Below, in pieces: positions 57,287 to 60,580 of a stretch of DNA of 60,580 nucleotides. Below the pieces are notes generated by a model, which ran no database searches, had not been told where the DNA came from, and was given only the letters and a program-made list of their open reading frames with translations. The stretch spans positions 1-60,580 of the forward strand of contig MEDY01000156.1 of assembly GCA_001724265.1 (NCBI GenBank), in the 5' to 3' direction. Each line of letters begins with the position of its first letter. Positions within the stretch are counted from its first letter, which is position 1. The DNA comes from Rhizaria sp. SCN 62-66. Taxonomy: Eukaryota. The translations under genes were made by a program, and so were the position numbers.

Positions 57287-59971
57287 ATGCGTCTCCTAGC
57301 CCTTGCGCTAGCGAGCCTGGCTGCCGCGGTGACCGCACTGTCTTTCGCGCCCGTGTCTGTCCCGCTCACGGCGAGCGCCAACGGACTGCAGTACACACTC
57401 TCGCTGGGCGTGTCGAACCCGGCGGGCGGCTCTCCGCAGACGCTCGCGGGGCTTGTGCTCGACACCTCGACGTTGGACATTGTGGTGACCACAACGGTGG
57501 GCTGTGCCGCCATGGGGGTTCCGGCGTAGTCGCCGTGTTTGAACAGGACCGCGTTTGGTAATCTCAACGCTGAAGGGGATTCCACCGGGTGGGGACTGTA
57601 TCTCGACGGTACCGGCGTTCTGTGTGTTGTTAGCAGTCCGAACTATTCGTCAACTGATTCCTGTGAGGCGTACAAGCTTACGCCTACAGTCTCTGCAACC
57701 ATCGTCGTACGTTGTTTCATTGACACATTTCGGTCACCTCACTACGTGTACATGATACGCTAAGGATTTATCGTGTCACACTTCTTGATTCCGTCTGCTA
57801 TTTTTGTCACTGCGCTCTATTTATAGAACTCCCTGACGCCATTCCCGCTGCAACCCAGCTCGCCCTCTGACGTCTTCATCACCGACGGTTATAAGTTCAC
57901 CCCTTCCATCAACAACTCGGGCGATGACCCGTACGTCCCTACATACTTCGCCAAGCCCTCCCTGCGCGGCTTTGTCGGCATCACCCCACTGACCTCGACC
58001 TTCTGGGGCCTCGTCTCCGCATCTTTGCCTGCCGCCAGTGGCACCACCTCGACAGCGACAGTCGGCACGTACGCGCTGCTGCTGTCGCCGCCCGCGAGCA
58101 TCTACTCTGCACCCTTTCTCCCCGCGCCGGGATTGGTCGCCGGCGAGTCCACGCTCTACCTCGGCGGCGCACCCCCGGCCACCGCGGTGCTGCCTCCCAA
58201 CTCAAACCCAAACACAGACTCTAGTTCTAGCTCCAGCTCTGGCTCTACTGACGAGGATGCCACCGCGCCCGGCGCGGGGCTGCTGAGCGGCGTACCGCTG
58301 GCGACCGACTTGCCGTACGCATCGGTCTACGCGCCCTCGGTCTGCGGCCGCCGCCTGCCGTTCGCGTACACGTCGTCGACGTCAGGCGTGGCCAAGGAGC
58401 CCGTGGCGACCGAGAGTATGACCACGGGGCTGCTCGACACCGCGAGCAGTTGCCTCACGCTGCCCGCGGCTACTTTTGACGCCCTCGTCTCCTGGCTTCC
58501 GCTCCAGTGCATCACGCGCCCCGTGGACGCGCTCGACATGCTGTCGTCGACGGCGCGCATTTGCCGTTATCTGTACGCGAGCGCGGCGCAGGCGACGGCC
58601 AAGGCGACGCCGCTACCCTCGCTTGACTTCGCGTTGACGCCCGCGACGGCTGTGTCGACGTACCTGACCGATGACCACGACAACGACCTCGACGAGGACT
58701 GGGGGTCCGCGGCCGGGTACTTACACCTGCCCTTAGAGCGGCTGCTGCTGCCGTTCAGCGCGATCTCTGACGACCCCGCCGCGGCGACGGCGGCAGCGCT
58801 GGCGTAGACTGCGCTGAACCCTGACGCCAACCTCACGGGGCTGCTCTACGGGGACTGGACGTCCGACACGCCCGTGCTGTGCATGGTCCGCGGCACGCGG
58901 CTTAGCTTCGGCGCGATGGCCGTCTCGGCGTTCCAGGTCCAGGTCGAGACCGTTGAGGTCTCGACAAACGCAGCGACCACTGGGGGCGGCAAGGCCTCTT
59001 ACTCCACCAAGGTGAGCTTGGCCAACCGCGCGACGGCGGGCATTGCGGCATCGGTGGGCGCGGGCGCGGCCAACGCGACGACGAGCGCGACCGCCGGGAA
59101 CCCTTGGGCACTTGTGGTGGGCAGCGGGTCGGTCCGCACGCAGTGCCGGCCCGTGCGCGCGTGCCGCGGCATGCAGACCAGCACGTTTGGCTTCAACGTG
59201 TGCTTCGACCCGCCGTGTGACACGTACTTCTTCATGTCGACCGACGACGACACCAAGAAGTGCTACCTCGCGCCGGGCTTCTACGTCATCATCGCCATTG
59301 TCGTCGCCGCGTTCATCTTCGCCGAGCTAGGTTGGCTCTGCTGCTTCGAGCGCCTCTCGCGCAACGTACACTCGGACTCGATCGTTATCGGCATCCCGCA
59401 CCGCTCCTCGCTTGCCTCCGCGGCTGCCATTGCCGACGGCGCCGCGCCCCCGCAGCAGCAACAGTATGGCAACGGTGGCGGCAACGGCGGCGGCAGCAAC
59501 GCGGCGTCGTCGTCGTTCCCACACGTGGGACTGAACGACCCCATTCATAACCTTGCCGACGCCCTTCGCGCGGTCGATAGCAACCCGCGAGCGCAGCAAC
59601 AGGCGGGTTCCGCGCGCTCCGCAGCTTCCGGCTCCTCATCGTCGTCGTCAGCGTCGTCGTTTGCGGCCGCTGCGAGCGCGGGTGGCGCGGGCGCGGGCGC
59701 GATCCCCGGGCAGCGGCGCGGGGGGCGGCAGCGGCTGGCGAACGCGGACTCAAACTCGATTTCACAGCAGCAGCAACAGAGCGAGGCCGCTATGCTGCAG
59801 CAAAGGTACCAGCAGCAACAGCAGCGCGAGCAGCCACAGCAACAACAGCAGCGGCACAGCGCCAACGGAGAGGAGTCGGCGCGCGCGGCGGCCAATTTCG
59901 GCGCTGAAAGGGCTCGAATGGCGGCGAGTGAAGCTGCGGCGTATAACGAGCACTGGAACAACATGACCTGA
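57287..59971 (+). CDS. Type I membrane pepsin-like (A1) aspartic protease homolog (about 854 aa); exons 57287-57706, 57827-59971; in-frame TAG at 57527-57529 and 58805-58807
   Basis: Signal peptide MRLLALALASLAAAVTA; pepsin landmarks in order: QYTLSLGVSNP..QTL..VLDTSTLDIVV, RGFVGI, STLYLGG, LLDTASSCLTLP, LPSLDF, LCM..SFGAMAVSAF; Cys-rich stalk, TM helix (FYVIIAIVVAAFIFAELGWLCC), Q/A-rich tail; intron 57707-57826 gtacgt..tag; terminal stop TGA. Confidence 0.78.
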
Positions 59972-60485
59972 GATCAGAGTTTCAAACCTGAGTCATGCAT
60001 TGATCTTGTTGTAAGAGACATGTCTACCTAGATTTAAGACACATATGATCATTATGCAGTTTAATAATATATTATCTAGCTCACTTTGTTTTAATTTTAA
60101 TCGAGACAATCAATATTGATTGGACATTATTTCATTCACGATCTCATTTCAACATCAACAACGCAAGGTAAAAGGAGGAGACTAGGACTTTGTGAAGTGT
60201 TAACTTTTGTTTTTATTGAGTCACATGACGCTATTAACGCAGATAAGCAGTGTAAATAGTCATGTATGACTATATTTAGGTAAAATACACCACGTACGTT
60301 TGCGTAACAAAACTATTACACGTAAATGGCGCACGGTGAGCGTACGCATTACGCGTTCAGCTCTAAGTAGATTCGGCTCGTGCGCATCCAAGCTGTTTGA
60401 CGACTGTCACACGCACGAGTACTTAGATATAGTAAATAAGTCAGTCTACGTTGCCTCTGGGGAGAAGCTACAATAGCTGGTGCAT

Positions 60486-60580
60486 TTACTCGTCGATGAC
60501 GTTGCCGCGGTAGCAGACGTAGATACCGTCGAGGAACTTACGGATATCCTTGTCGCGGACGAGGGTGCAGGTGTGGATGT
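60486..60580 (-). CDS. RPL9: 60S ribosomal protein uL6 (RPL9), 3' end; not in the ORF track
   Basis: Reverse strand reads IHTCTLVRDKDIRKFLDGIYVCYRGNVIDE*, the conserved KDIRKFLDGIYV C-terminus; stop TAA. Confidence 0.93.
   Translation of the reverse strand, partial: IHTCTLVRDKDIRKFLDGIYVCYRGNVIDE

Noticed and set aside
1-60580. Search for tRNA (including a CUA suppressor), rRNA, transposons and CRISPR-like arrays
   Set aside because: None recognised by eye; repeats are simple microsatellites. A tRNAscan-SE or Infernal run would be needed to exclude small RNA genes.

Overview
Gene-dense, GC-rich nuclear DNA from a eukaryote, most likely a flagellated protist; the species cannot be identified from this window. 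I can support 20 protein-coding genes and 21 spliceosomal introns (117-277 nt, T-rich, every donor GTAYG). Recognisable genes: actin (partial), aspartyl-tRNA synthetase, FPP synthase, eS30, a cullin, a p24/GOLD protein, a PX-BAR sorting nexin, a CKK-domain (CAMSAP-like) protein, a C2 plus CEP76/CC2D2A-like protein, purine nucleoside phosphorylase, an ankyrin-repeat protein, ARP4, MCM2, Y14/RBM8A, a membrane-anchored pepsin-like protease and uL6/RPL9 (partial), plus four orphans. Main signal: TAG appears to be a sense codon. None of the 20 gene ends uses TAG (14 TAA, 6 TGA), while four in-frame TAG codons (31368-31370, 47262-47264, 57527-57529, 58805-58807) interrupt otherwise intact frames in three genes, two of them inside one pepsin fold. 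This points to a variant nuclear genetic code, or systematic readthrough or editing, in which UAG is decoupled from UAA. No rRNA, tRNA, mobile element or CRISPR array was recognised.
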